From assembly GCF_025210165.1 (NCBI RefSeq), contig NZ_JAOASI010000029.1, positions 36,165 to 60,164 of the forward strand: 24,000 nt of DNA. Direction: 5' to 3'. Below the pieces are notes generated by a model, which did no database searches, was not told the origin of the DNA, and saw only the letters and a program-made list of their open reading frames with translations. The position numbers were made by a program, and so were the translations under genes. Numbering within the stretch: position 1 is the stretch's first letter; each line of letters begins with the position of its first letter. Source of the DNA: Tepidibacter sp. (GTDB lineage: Bacteria > Bacillota > Clostridia > Peptostreptococcales > Peptostreptococcaceae). This document shows positions 1 to 8,377 of the stretch, one piece after another.

Positions 1-119
1 ATATTCGGAAGGTTTTTCCTTCCGAATACAGGTGATGCTATAAATAAACCTATACACCTTGCTAATATAAGCATGTACACATTTACATAATTTAATATTT
101 GGTTTAAAACTTCATTCAT
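1..119 (-). CDS. fliR: Flagellar export-gate protein FliR, N-terminal fragment (continues beyond window start)
   Basis: ATG at 119-117, 13 nt after the fliQ stop. Hand translation MNEVLNQILNYVNVYMLILARCIGLFIASPVFGRKNLPN shows the hydrophobic L-x-R-x-x-G-l-F-x-x-x-P-v-F...(I/L)P pattern of FliR N-termini. Conserved fliP-fliQ-fliR order. Confidence 0.75.
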   Translation of the reverse strand, partial: MNEVLNQILNYVNVYMLILARCIGLFIASPVFGRKNLPN

Positions 120-132
120 ATTATCATCTCTT

Positions 133-402
133 TTATTTCATAAACTTATCAAAATTTAAAAATAAATTTTGAGTGAAATTAACAATAGTGTTTATCATCC
201 AGTGTCCAAACAAAACTAGTGACAAAAATGTAACAACAATTTTAGGTACAAATGACAAGGTAGCTTCCTGTATTTGCGTTGTAGCTTGAAATATACTTAC
301 CAACAAACCTACTACAAGACTTAATATCAATATTGGAGATGCTAACATTAAAATCATAGTTAGAGCTTGTTGCCCTAAATTAACAGCAGAGCTTACATCC
401 AC
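133..402 (-). CDS. fliQ: Flagellar export-gate protein FliQ
   Basis: 89-aa two-TM protein directly after fliP. GTG start at 402 preceded by AAGGGAAGTG. Sequence typical of FliQ/HrcS (…ILMLASPILILSLVVGLLVSIFQATTQIQE…). Confidence 0.93.
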   Translation of the reverse strand: MDVSSAVNLGQQALTMILMLASPILILSLVVGLLVSIFQATTQIQEATLSFVPKIVVTFLSLVLFGHWMINTIVNFTQNLFLNFDKFMK

Positions 403-417
403 TTTTTCACTTCCCTT

Positions 418-1173
418 TTATTTAAAACCTAATACTATAGATTTAACAACTAAATTCCAACCATCTACTAGTATAAATAATAATACTTTGAATGGAAGAG
501 ATATCATTACAGGAGGTAGCATCATCATACCCATAGACATTAATGTACTTGCAACAACCATATCTACAATTATAAAAGGTATAAATAGAACAAACCCCAT
601 TTGGAATCCTGTTTTAAGTTCACTTATCAAAAAAGATGGAATAAGAACTCTATTTGGAATATCATTCAATTTCAAATCCTCATTTGTTTTTATTTTCGCT
701 ATTTCAGTAAAAAGCAAAATATCTTTTTGTCTAGTTTGCCTAAACATAAAATTTCTTACAGGTTCCATACCTTTTGTAAAAGCTTCTTCTTGAGTTATCT
801 GTTGATTAAAATAAGGATTTAACGCATTATCGTAAATTTCAGTTCCTACAGGAGCCATTATAAAAAATGTTAAAAATAAAGCAAGTCCAATTAAAACTTG
901 AGTAGGTGGATTTTGTTGAGTAGCTAGAGCATTTCTCAAAAAAGATAGAACTATTATTATTCTGGTAAACGAAGTCATCATTATTATTATTGTAGGTAAT
1001 AATGAAAGAACAGCAAATAATAATATTATTTCCACAGTATTACTCAAATTCCCAGGATCTGTACTTCCATTTACCTGTAGTGAAATATTAGGTACCTCTG
1101 GTTGACCCCATGTTAAACTCGTTGTACATAAAAAAGCCATAACAACAAAAAAAATTTTTCTAAATTTCTTCAC
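418..1173 (-). CDS. fliP: Flagellar export-gate protein FliP
   Basis: 251 aa with an N-terminal signal-like segment and conserved FliP blocks (SFTRIIIVLSFLRNALATQQNPPTQVLIGLALFLTFFIMAP, PFIIVDMVVASTLMSMGMMMLPP). GTG start at 1173 with AAGGA upstream. Overlaps the fliO end by 14 nt. Confidence 0.97.
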   Translation of the reverse strand: MKKFRKIFFVVMAFLCTTSLTWGQPEVPNISLQVNGSTDPGNLSNTVEIILLFAVLSLLPTIIIMMTSFTRIIIVLSFLRNALATQQNPPTQVLIGLALFLTFFIMAPVGTEIYDNALNPYFNQQITQEEAFTKGMEPVRNFMFRQTRQKDILLFTEIAKIKTNEDLKLNDIPNRVLIPSFLISELKTGFQMGFVLFIPFIIVDMVVASTLMSMGMMMLPPVMISLPFKVLLFILVDGWNLVVKSIVLGFK

Positions 1174-1441
1174 TTATATCATCCTTATTATCAAAAGTAT
1201 CTATTTTAGTGAACTTATCTTGAGAAATTCCTATCAAATATTCTCTATTCCTATACATAATTAAAATCAACTCTTTATCTTTATTTATCAAAAGTCTTTC
1301 TTTTATTTTAATACTCTTATTTTTATTAATAAGCTCATTTTTTTTTGCTAAATATTTAGATGTAATATGAGCCAAATAAAGTATTATTATAAAAATACAT
1401 GTATACCCTAGTATTTTCATAATTAGGTTGATTATATGCAT
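1160..1441 (-). CDS. fliO: FliO/FliZ-family flagellar biosynthesis protein (single TM)
   Basis: 93-aa protein with one N-terminal TM helix, then a K-rich segment and an ...ILIMYRNREYLIGIS... block. Occupies the position between cheY and fliP, as in the Bacillus fla/che operon. The start could also be the internal ATG at codon 8. Confidence 0.75.
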   Translation of the reverse strand: MHIINLIMKILGYTCIFIIILYLAHITSKYLAKKNELINKNKSIKIKERLLINKDKELILIMYRNREYLIGISQDKFTKIDTFDNKDDISEEI

Positions 1442-1446
1442 AATTT

Positions 1447-1809
1447 CTACCCTAAAACCTTTTTTACCGCTTCTAATACTCTATCTGCTTGGAAAGGCTT
1501 AACTATAAAATCTTTAGCTCCTGATTGAATAGCTTCAATTACCATCCCTTGTTGACCCATAGCAGAACACATTATTACACAAGCTGCTGGATCTATTTTT
1601 TTAATTTCTTTAACAGCTTCTATACCATCTAATTCAGGCATTGTGATATCCATTATCACAAGATTTGGTTTTAATTCCTTATACTTTTCAACTGCCTTCA
1701 ATCCATTTTCAGCTTCCCCAACAACATCGTAACCATTTTTAACTAATATATCCTTAATCATCATTCTCATAAAAGCTGCATCATCTACTAATAATATACT
1801 TTTTGACAT
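1447..1809 (-). CDS. cheY: Chemotaxis response regulator CheY (single receiver domain)
   Basis: 120 aa. Acidic pocket in LLVDDAAFMR, phospho-acceptor Asp in VIMDITMPELDG, and conserved S/T (MCSAMG) and Lys (FIVKPF). AAGGAGG Shine-Dalgarno sequence upstream. Confidence 0.95.
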   Translation of the reverse strand: MSKSILLVDDAAFMRMMIKDILVKNGYDVVGEAENGLKAVEKYKELKPNLVIMDITMPELDGIEAVKEIKKIDPAACVIMCSAMGQQGMVIEAIQSGAKDFIVKPFQADRVLEAVKKVLG

Positions 1810-1841
1810 TTCAAAATTCCTCCTTATTTCACTTTTATTTA

Positions 1842-3014
1842 TTATATTGATCTTAATCTTTTTTCAGGTTTTATAATATCAGTTATTCTTATACCATAAT
1901 TTTCATCTATTACTACAACTTCTCCTTTTGCCACTTTTTTAGAATTAACTAATATATCTAATGGTTCGCCTACCAATCTATCTAATTCTATTATTGTACC
2001 TGGAGAAAATTCTAATATATCATCTATACTTTTTTTAGTTCTTCCTAACTCTACAGTTACATTTAATAATACATCTTTAATTATATCTATATTCTCAGGC
2101 ATGTTATTTGAATTAACATTTTGAGATTCAAAGCTTTCAAATTTTACTGGTTGAACATTTACCGGCTGAACATTTACTGGTTGAGCATTTACTTGTGATT
2201 CAATAGGTTGTGTATTTTGATTATAAGTACTTTGTTGAGCCATATTAGATACTTCTTGAACATGCTTATTGCTAACAGGAGCAGGTTCACTATTACTATT
2301 GTTGCTATTTGTCTGATTTAATGATACATTTCCAGAATCCCCATATAACATATTATCAACCAAACTCTTAGCAAAGTCAATAGGTAGCAATTGCATTATA
2401 TTACTATCTACTAAATCACCTATAGTCATTTTAAATGAAATCCTTGCTATCTTTTCATCATTTTTCATGAATTTGAAATCATAATCTTTATTAGATAGAT
2501 TAACTTTATACACTTTAGGTGGATTTATATCTATTTTCTTTGATATCATATCAGATAGTGCAGTGGCAGAGGAACCTATCATTTGGTTCATAGCCTCACT
2601 TATAGCACTTAAATGTATTTCATCTAATTCTTCTGGAAGATTTGATTTTCCATCTCCCCCCATCATAAGCGAAGTAATAACCTTAACATCATCCTCTTTT
2701 AAAACCAACAAATTACTTCCCGTTAGTCCTTCTTTATATCCTACTTCAACAGCAACAAATGGCAATGGATATCTACTTGCCATTTCATTTAAAGTAACGA
2801 TATCTACAGTTGGAGTAGTTATATTTACTTTTTGTCCTAGCAAGGTAAATAATGTGGTAGCAGAAGTTCCCATGCTTATATTTCCAATTTCTCCAACAGC
2901 ATCTTTTTCTATATCATTTAATAAAACTTCATCTGTATCTTCAGAAGAAGTTTCTTCCAAACTACCCTTTAAAAGAGCATTGATTTCTTCTTGTGATAGC
3001 ATATCATTCATCAT
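1842..3014 (-). CDS. fliY: Flagellar C-ring protein FliY (CheC-like CheY-P phosphatase domain fused to FliN/SpoA domain)
   Basis: N-terminal LSQEEINALL CheY-binding-type motif. Two CheC-type D/S-x3-E-x2-N motifs (DAVGEIGN, SAISEAMN). C-terminal SpoA/FliN block (VELGRTKKSIDDILEFSPGTIIELDRLVGEPLDILVN…GEVVVIDENYGIRITDI). The ORF opens at 3035, but the start is placed at the ATG at 3014 (MMNDMLSQ…), 9 nt after the GGGTG Shine-Dalgarno sequence. Overlaps the fliM end. Confidence 0.93.
   Translation of the reverse strand: MMNDMLSQEEINALLKGSLEETSSEDTDEVLLNDIEKDAVGEIGNISMGTSATTLFTLLGQKVNITTPTVDIVTLNEMASRYPLPFVAVEVGYKEGLTGSNLLVLKEDDVKVITSLMMGGDGKSNLPEELDEIHLSAISEAMNQMIGSSATALSDMISKKIDINPPKVYKVNLSNKDYDFKFMKNDEKIARISFKMTIGDLVDSNIMQLLPIDFAKSLVDNMLYGDSGNVSLNQTNSNNSNSEPAPVSNKHVQEVSNMAQQSTYNQNTQPIESQVNAQPVNVQPVNVQPVKFESFESQNVNSNNMPENIDIIKDVLLNVTVELGRTKKSIDDILEFSPGTIIELDRLVGEPLDILVNSKKVAKGEVVVIDENYGIRITDIIKPEKRLRSI
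2143..2202. repeat. In-frame 15-bp tandem repeat (3 good copies plus 1 degenerate) encoding PVNVQ units in the FliY linker
   Basis: Plus strand TTTACTGGTTGAACA / TTTACCGGCTGAACA / TTTACTGGTTGAGCA / TTTACTTGTGATTCA. Protein QVNAQPVNVQPVNVQPV lies within an N/Q/S/P-rich linker. Confidence 0.8.
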
Positions 3015-4008
3015 AATTATCATCACCCTTTTCAATGACTTGTATTATCTTTATAGCATACTTATTTTTCTTGGTACCAGGAGAACCTTTAAATTTAAAT
3101 TTATCTGAGACTTTTATATCCAACTGTTCATTAACTTCTTTTCCTAAACTTATAATATCGCCTATTTGAAGATTTAGAAAATCACCTACGGTTATATTTG
3201 TTTGAGCCAATTCAGCAACTACATTTAAATCTGATTTTTTTATTTTTTTCTCTAATACTACTTTTTCTTCTGGAGTTATTTTTTTATTGTTGGAAGAGGT
3301 TGAAAACCAAAACTTAGTACTCAACTTTGGTAAAATAGGCTCTAAAACAATATGTGGAATACAAATATTTATAAGCCCTTCAACTTCTCCAATTTTAGCT
3401 TTTAAAGTTATTAACGCTACCGTTTCATTAGGGGAAACAATTTGTGCAAATTGCGAATTAGTCTCGATTTTGTCAACTTTCGGAAAAAGTTCTATTACAT
3501 TTTCCCAAGGTTCAATAAAAAGTTTTATAATTTGTTTAAGCATCTTAGTTAGTATAGTTGTTTCAATTTCTGTAAAACCTCTTATTTCTCCTTGATAGTT
3601 TCCATCTCCGCCTAATATTCTATCTATAATACAGAATGAAAGCCCTGTAGATATTTCATATAACATTTGTCCCGGTAAAGGATTAAAATCTACCGTAGTC
3701 AACATAGCTGGATTAGATATTGAGTTGCTAAATTCATAATATGATAGCTCTTCTACGGAAAGCACATCTACTTGAATAAAGCTTCTTAAATATCCAGATA
3801 AAAAAGTATTTAACAACCTAGAATAGTTATCATGTATTATATGAAGAGTTCGCAATTGATCTTTTGCTAGTTTTTTAGGACTCTTAAAATCATATTTTTT
3901 TATCTTTTTTTCTTTCGTATCTTCCTGAATCTCTTCAACATCTACTTCTCCTGTATTTAAAGCATCCAGTAATGCATCTATTTCACTTTGCGATAATATT
4001 TCAGACAA
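3004..4008 (-). CDS. fliM: Flagellar motor switch protein FliM
   Basis: 334 aa. N-terminal LSQSEIDALLDAL CheY-P binding motif, central FliM domain, C-terminal SpoA-like region. TTG start at 4008, with no in-frame ATG that would keep the conserved N-terminus. GGTGGAG Shine-Dalgarno sequence upstream. Confidence 0.95.
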   Translation of the reverse strand: MSEILSQSEIDALLDALNTGEVDVEEIQEDTKEKKIKKYDFKSPKKLAKDQLRTLHIIHDNYSRLLNTFLSGYLRSFIQVDVLSVEELSYYEFSNSISNPAMLTTVDFNPLPGQMLYEISTGLSFCIIDRILGGDGNYQGEIRGFTEIETTILTKMLKQIIKLFIEPWENVIELFPKVDKIETNSQFAQIVSPNETVALITLKAKIGEVEGLINICIPHIVLEPILPKLSTKFWFSTSSNNKKITPEEKVVLEKKIKKSDLNVVAELAQTNITVGDFLNLQIGDIISLGKEVNEQLDIKVSDKFKFKGSPGTKKNKYAIKIIQVIEKGDDNYDE

Positions 4009-4023
4009 CTACTCCACCTGCCT

Positions 4024-4440
4024 TTATTGAACTATATAATCTGTAAAATATACATTTTTTATAGATTTTAAATTTAATTTTGTGGATAAATCGGATATCA
4101 ATTCACGTTCTAATTTATCTAAACCTTCGTTACTAGTCATTTTTTCAGGATCTTGAGATATTATTACTTTTAATATAGTATCCCTTATTATAACACTTTT
4201 CTCCGTCATTACCTCTATTTCTTTTTCATCAGTAGATTCTATCACAATATTTCCTTTAAAATAATGGTTTGAATCTCCCATATTAGTAGAAAACTGACCC
4301 GCATCATAATTAAATGCTTCTAAGTTTTGTCTGGATCCGTCTGAATTTTTGAAATATACAAAATATAAAGTAGCTCCAAATATTAATAAAGATATTATAA
4401 ATCCTATAATTGAAAATATCATTATTTTTTTTGTATCCAT
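4024..4440 (-). CDS. fliL: Flagellar basal-body-associated protein FliL
   Basis: Single N-terminal TM helix followed by a FliL-type periplasmic domain (…YFKGNIVIE…IIRDTILKVI…LNLKSIKNVYFTDYIVQ). Located between motB and fliM. The ORF opens at a TTG inside the Shine-Dalgarno sequence; the start is placed at ATG 4440, 8 nt after GGAGG. Confidence 0.88.
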   Translation of the reverse strand: MDTKKIMIFSIIGFIISLLIFGATLYFVYFKNSDGSRQNLEAFNYDAGQFSTNMGDSNHYFKGNIVIESTDEKEIEVMTEKSVIIRDTILKVIISQDPEKMTSNEGLDKLERELISDLSTKLNLKSIKNVYFTDYIVQ

Positions 4441-4468
4441 ATTATAAGCCTCCAATCTTACTGGCTGA

Positions 4469-5194
4469 TTAATTTTTTTGTATAAGTATGTCTACTCTTC
4501 TATTTTTAGCTTTATTTTCATTTGAAGTATTTGGTACAACAGGATGATATTCACTATAACCAGATGCTGATATACGTTCAGGATTAATACCTGTTTCTTC
4601 AACTAAAAATCTAACTACATTACTAGATCTACCCACAGATAATTCCCAATTAGTAGGGTATTTTGAGCTATATTTTATAGGATCATTATCTGTATGTCCT
4701 TCTATACTTATAAATTTATTATTGAATTCTTCTTTATTTAAAAGTTCCGATATATATCTTAATGTAGTTTTCGATTTTGATTTTAATTCTGCTTTTCCAG
4801 AACTAAACAATACATTATCTTGAAAGCTTAAAAGTAAGCCTGAATTCTCATTTACAACTTTTACATCTTGATCTAACTTGTTATCTTTTAAATATTTTTT
4901 AATTTCCTTTTCCAAATTACTAAAATTTTCCAGCTCTTTTCTTTCATTTGTGCTTTTATCATCCTTGAGACCCCTATCTATATACTGCTCCTCAGACAGT
5001 GTCTTTCCTCCTTCTAAAAATCCTAAAGAACCACTGAAAGATTGTACTATAGACTGAAATTTTTGAGCATCTACTGAGGACATAGAAAAAAGCAAAACAA
5101 AAAAACAAAGTAATAAAGTTACCATATCTCCATAAGTAGCCATCCATTCAGGAGCTCCTTCTTTTGTTTCTTCTTGCTTTTTCTTTCTTCCCAT
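4469..5194 (-). CDS. motB: Flagellar stator protein MotB (OmpA-like peptidoglycan-binding C-terminus)
   Basis: N-terminal TM with the conserved Asp (WMATYGDMVTLLLCFF). C-terminal OmpA-like block (IEGHTDNDPI…NRRVDILI). Immediately follows motA. Confidence 0.95.
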   Translation of the reverse strand: MGRKKKQEETKEGAPEWMATYGDMVTLLLCFFVLLFSMSSVDAQKFQSIVQSFSGSLGFLEGGKTLSEEQYIDRGLKDDKSTNERKELENFSNLEKEIKKYLKDNKLDQDVKVVNENSGLLLSFQDNVLFSSGKAELKSKSKTTLRYISELLNKEEFNNKFISIEGHTDNDPIKYSSKYPTNWELSVGRSSNVVRFLVEETGINPERISASGYSEYHPVVPNTSNENKAKNRRVDILIQKN

Positions 5195-5195
5195 A

Positions 5196-5969
5196 TTAAG
5201 CTTCTCCTTCCTGTAATTCTTTTCTCATCGAAGGAGGCAAGAATGCCTTTAATTTTTCTTCTATTATTCTTGGATTTTCTCCAGCTTGTATTGATAAAAG
5301 TCCTTCAACTATAATTTCTCTTTCAAGAGTTTCCTCTCTACTCTTAACTTTTAATTTATTAGCTATTGGTATAAATATCATATTAGCCAAAAATGATCCA
5401 TAAAGAGTTGTAAGAAGTGCAACAGACATAGCTGGTCCAATAGCTGATGGATCATCTAGCTTTTTAAGCATATTTATAAGACCTATAAGTGTTCCTACCA
5501 TACCAAATGCTGGTGCAAAACTTCCCATAGTTTCAAATAATCCCTGTCCTGATTTATGCCTTTCCTCTAAAAAGTCCAGCTCAGTTTCCAATAATGTTCT
5601 AACAAGGTCTGGGTCAGTACCATCTACAACTAACATAACTCCTTTTTTTATAAAATCATCATCGATTCCAGAAGATGACTCTTCAAGAGCTAATAATCCT
5701 TCTTTTCTAGCCTTATTTGCAAGTTCAATCATACTTTCTATAACTTCATTTGGGTTACTTCCTCTATCTTTAAATGCTTTTTGAGTAAGCTTGATTATCT
5801 CTTTAACCTTAGGAAGAGGATAAGCAACTAAAGTAGCTGCTATCGTTCCTCCTACAACTATCATTACAGATGGAATATCAATAAATGCTCCTAAACTTCC
5901 ACCTAACAAAATACTAACTATAATCAAACCAAATCCTGACACTATTCCTATGAGTGTTCCTAAATCCAA
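5196..5969 (-). CDS. motA: Flagellar stator protein MotA
   Basis: 257 aa, 4 TM, MotA/TolQ/ExbB channel block (PAFGMVGTLIGLINML…GPAMSVALLTTLYGSFLAN). TTG start at 5969, 6 nt after GGGGTG. Lies 3 nt after the flbD stop. Confidence 0.95.
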   Translation of the reverse strand: MDLGTLIGIVSGFGLIIVSILLGGSLGAFIDIPSVMIVVGGTIAATLVAYPLPKVKEIIKLTQKAFKDRGSNPNEVIESMIELANKARKEGLLALEESSSGIDDDFIKKGVMLVVDGTDPDLVRTLLETELDFLEERHKSGQGLFETMGSFAPAFGMVGTLIGLINMLKKLDDPSAIGPAMSVALLTTLYGSFLANMIFIPIANKLKVKSREETLEREIIVEGLLSIQAGENPRIIEEKLKAFLPPSMRKELQEGEA

Positions 5970-5972
5970 ATG

Positions 5973-6179
5973 CTACACCCCATTTCTGCCATCTACTATT
6001 TTTGCAATATCTCTTTTAAAAGTTTTTACTTTTTGAATTATAGTATCTACATCCTCTTTTACTATATATTTATGTCCATTAACCAAAGTTATTACTGTAT
6101 CTGGTGTATTTTCTACTGTTTCTATCAAATCACAATTTATTACAAACTCTTCTTCATTAAGCCTTCTTACCTTTATCAT
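5973..6179 (-). CDS. flbD: Flagellar protein FlbD (SwrD/YlzI family)
   Basis: 68 aa. MIKVRRLNEEEFVINCDLIETVENTPDTVITLVNGHKYIVKE matches the FlbD family pattern. Classic flgE-flbD-motA-motB order. Confidence 0.9.
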   Translation of the reverse strand: MIKVRRLNEEEFVINCDLIETVENTPDTVITLVNGHKYIVKEDVDTIIQKVKTFKRDIAKIVDGRNGV

Positions 6180-6189
6180 TTTTTAGCCT

Positions 6190-7737
6190 CTATCTCTTTA
6201 AGTTTACAAGTTCTTCAATCATAGCATCAGTTGTTGTTATAACTCTTGAATTAGCCTGAAAACCTCTTTGAGTAGTAATCATATTAGTAAACTCTTGTCC
6301 CAAATCAACATTTGACATTTCAAGAGAACCAGGATTAAGCTCCGGAAATCCATCTTGACTAGGCTTACCTATATTTGCTCTTCCTGAGTTTCTAGTCTCT
6401 AAGTACATATTTGACTGAAACTTCTGAAGTGCTGAAGAGTTTTTAAAGTTTGCTACTGCAACTCTCCCAAGAACTCTTCTTTGTCCATTATCAAAAGCTC
6501 CTATAACCTCTCCATTTGGAGCTATTGCATACTCACTTAAGGCTCCTTGCTTATATCCTTTTATATAAGTTGCTCTTGCATTAGACTTGTCTGAAAACTG
6601 AGTTAATTTACTTAAACTTATTTCAAAATTAAGTGCATCTGCACCTTTAGTTAAATCTTTTCCTATTTTTAGTTGCATTTTATCAGAATTAACCATTTTC
6701 CCATGTTTATCAAACTTAATAGAAAATCCACCAGGTTTATAACTAAATCCCTCTTTACTTGCACCTTCATCGTCTGCTTCTCCAGTGCTAGTATTGTATT
6801 TATTCGTTTTCCCATTTGTTATCATAGCTCCATCAGGATTCATATATATAGCATCAACCAACCATTCAGTTTCTCCTGTTGGAGTAAGAGGTGATCCAGA
6901 TTTAAGTATTTCTTTTTTAGTGAACAATAGTTTAACTTGATGAACATTCCCAAAATCATCAAATACCTCTATTGTAGTTTCTCTTCCTAAAGATTTACTA
7001 AGATTTTCATTTTCCTGAGTATATATAGGCTTTCCTGCCGCTGCTGATCTTTCTTCATTAAAGCTATATATAGAAGGAGTGGGAGTACTACCAGAAGCTA
7101 CTTTTTCTCCTATAACAGATCCCTTTAGCACTGCTGGTGATTTTGTATCATCCATTAATTGCTCTGTCTTAGAATCCACATTCCCTCCAAATGTAACTAT
7201 CTCCTCACCTGGAATAGGTGGAACTGATGGTTTTGTAGCTTGAGGTGGATATACTATTGATTTATCTATCTTTAATCCCTCTATACTACTTTTTAATCTT
7301 CCTGTATCATCAGCCATATATCCAAGTACCTTATATCCATCTTGAGTAACTAAATTTCCACCACCATCTACTTTAAAGTTTCCTGCTCTTGTATAATATC
7401 TATTTAAAAAGTTAGTATCATCAGATACCATGAAATAACCATCTCCATTTATCATAAGGTCTGTAACATTATCAGTTCTCTCAACAGCACCTCTTTTTTG
7501 AAGTACATCAATTGATGCAACATCTGCTCCAAGTCCTATTTGCATAGGATTAGTTCCTCCACGTCCGTCTTGTGCTCCACCTGCACCCTTCACTGTTTGA
7601 GCGAAGGTTTCCTTAAATGTAACTCTTGAACCTTTAAATGCCACAGTATTTACATTTGCTATATTATTACCTATAACGTCCATCTTTGTTTGATGTGCCT
7701 TCAAACTCGATACTGCAGAGTACATACATCTCATCAT
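6190..7737 (-). CDS. flgE: Flagellar hook protein FlgE (long form with large central insertion)
   Basis: N-terminal rod/hook motif (SAVSSLKAHQTKMDVIGNNIANVNTVAFK). C-terminal motif (LEMSNVDLGQEFTNMITTQRGFQANSRVITTTDAMIEELVNLKR). 515 aa with a non-conserved middle region. GGGGAGG Shine-Dalgarno sequence. Confidence 0.96.
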   Translation of the reverse strand: MMRCMYSAVSSLKAHQTKMDVIGNNIANVNTVAFKGSRVTFKETFAQTVKGAGGAQDGRGGTNPMQIGLGADVASIDVLQKRGAVERTDNVTDLMINGDGYFMVSDDTNFLNRYYTRAGNFKVDGGGNLVTQDGYKVLGYMADDTGRLKSSIEGLKIDKSIVYPPQATKPSVPPIPGEEIVTFGGNVDSKTEQLMDDTKSPAVLKGSVIGEKVASGSTPTPSIYSFNEERSAAAGKPIYTQENENLSKSLGRETTIEVFDDFGNVHQVKLLFTKKEILKSGSPLTPTGETEWLVDAIYMNPDGAMITNGKTNKYNTSTGEADDEGASKEGFSYKPGGFSIKFDKHGKMVNSDKMQLKIGKDLTKGADALNFEISLSKLTQFSDKSNARATYIKGYKQGALSEYAIAPNGEVIGAFDNGQRRVLGRVAVANFKNSSALQKFQSNMYLETRNSGRANIGKPSQDGFPELNPGSLEMSNVDLGQEFTNMITTQRGFQANSRVITTTDAMIEELVNLKR

Positions 7738-7758
7738 AGTTAATTACCTCCCCAAAAT

Positions 7759-8367
7759 TTATTTCTTTTTGTTCACATAAATTCTATATTCTTTTTCTGT
7801 ATCTTTTCCATTCTTATCCTTAGCTGTTATCATCAATTTCATTTCAGAAGTTAACTCTTCATTATCTGCTACATAACCTCCATCTTTATCATATATCTTC
7901 GCTGTTGCCTTATTTGTTATTGTTAATGCATCAATTAATTGTTTTTTTGTTACACCAGCTGGAATATTCTCTATACGCTTATCTTTTAGAATACCTATTG
8001 ACGTATTTATTATATCACATTCATTACCATTTAACTCTTTCATTTCCTTTATAAGTGAATCTACTTGCTGCTCTACATTTTTGTTTGCAGTTACAAAATT
8101 GTTATTAAGTGACTTTATTCCTTCAAATACACCATCAAAGGATTTATTTAAATTTTGCATTTGTTCAAGTGAACTAAACTGTGCCATTTGAGCTATAAAA
8201 TCTTTATCCTCCATAGGCTTTAGAGGATCTTGATATTTAAGCTGAGTTGTTAGTAATTTTAAAAAATCATCTTTTCCAAGTTGTGATTTTTTGTCACTAG
8301 TTGTTTTTGTAGATTGAGTTGAATTTATAGATGACATTTTTAAATTAGTTCCTGCTATATCTGACAT
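7759..8367 (-). CDS. flgD: Flagellar hook assembly/capping protein FlgD
   Basis: FlgD N-domain block [44 protein letters not shown]. Located between fliK and flgE. The C-terminal ~90 aa is a small beta-rich module I could not assign to a family. Confidence 0.92.
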   Translation of the reverse strand: MSDIAGTNLKMSSINSTQSTKTTSDKKSQLGKDDFLKLLTTQLKYQDPLKPMEDKDFIAQMAQFSSLEQMQNLNKSFDGVFEGIKSLNNNFVTANKNVEQQVDSLIKEMKELNGNECDIINTSIGILKDKRIENIPAGVTKKQLIDALTITNKATAKIYDKDGGYVADNEELTSEMKLMITAKDKNGKDTEKEYRIYVNKKK

Positions 8368-8377
8368 TATATCCCCC

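Noticed and set aside
2563-3108. 181-aa plus-strand ORF antisense to fliY/fliM. Similar antisense ORFs lie at 488-793, 601-822, 3287-3595, 6673-6894, 9419-9694, 9453-9686, 10273-10506, 11036-11245, 11572-11778, 11915-12157, 12218-12445, 12461-12754, 13098-13313, 14488-14673, 15130-15456 and 16808-17188.
   Set aside because: All lie entirely opposite strongly supported flagellar genes and have no Shine-Dalgarno sequence. Their S/I/F/L-rich composition is what you get from reverse-translating K/E/D/N-rich genes. They are shadow ORFs.
5970-6224. 84-aa plus-strand ORF overlapping flbD and the flgE 3' end.
   Set aside because: It is antisense to two well-supported genes, has a Y/F/I-rich nonsense-like composition and has no ribosome-binding site.
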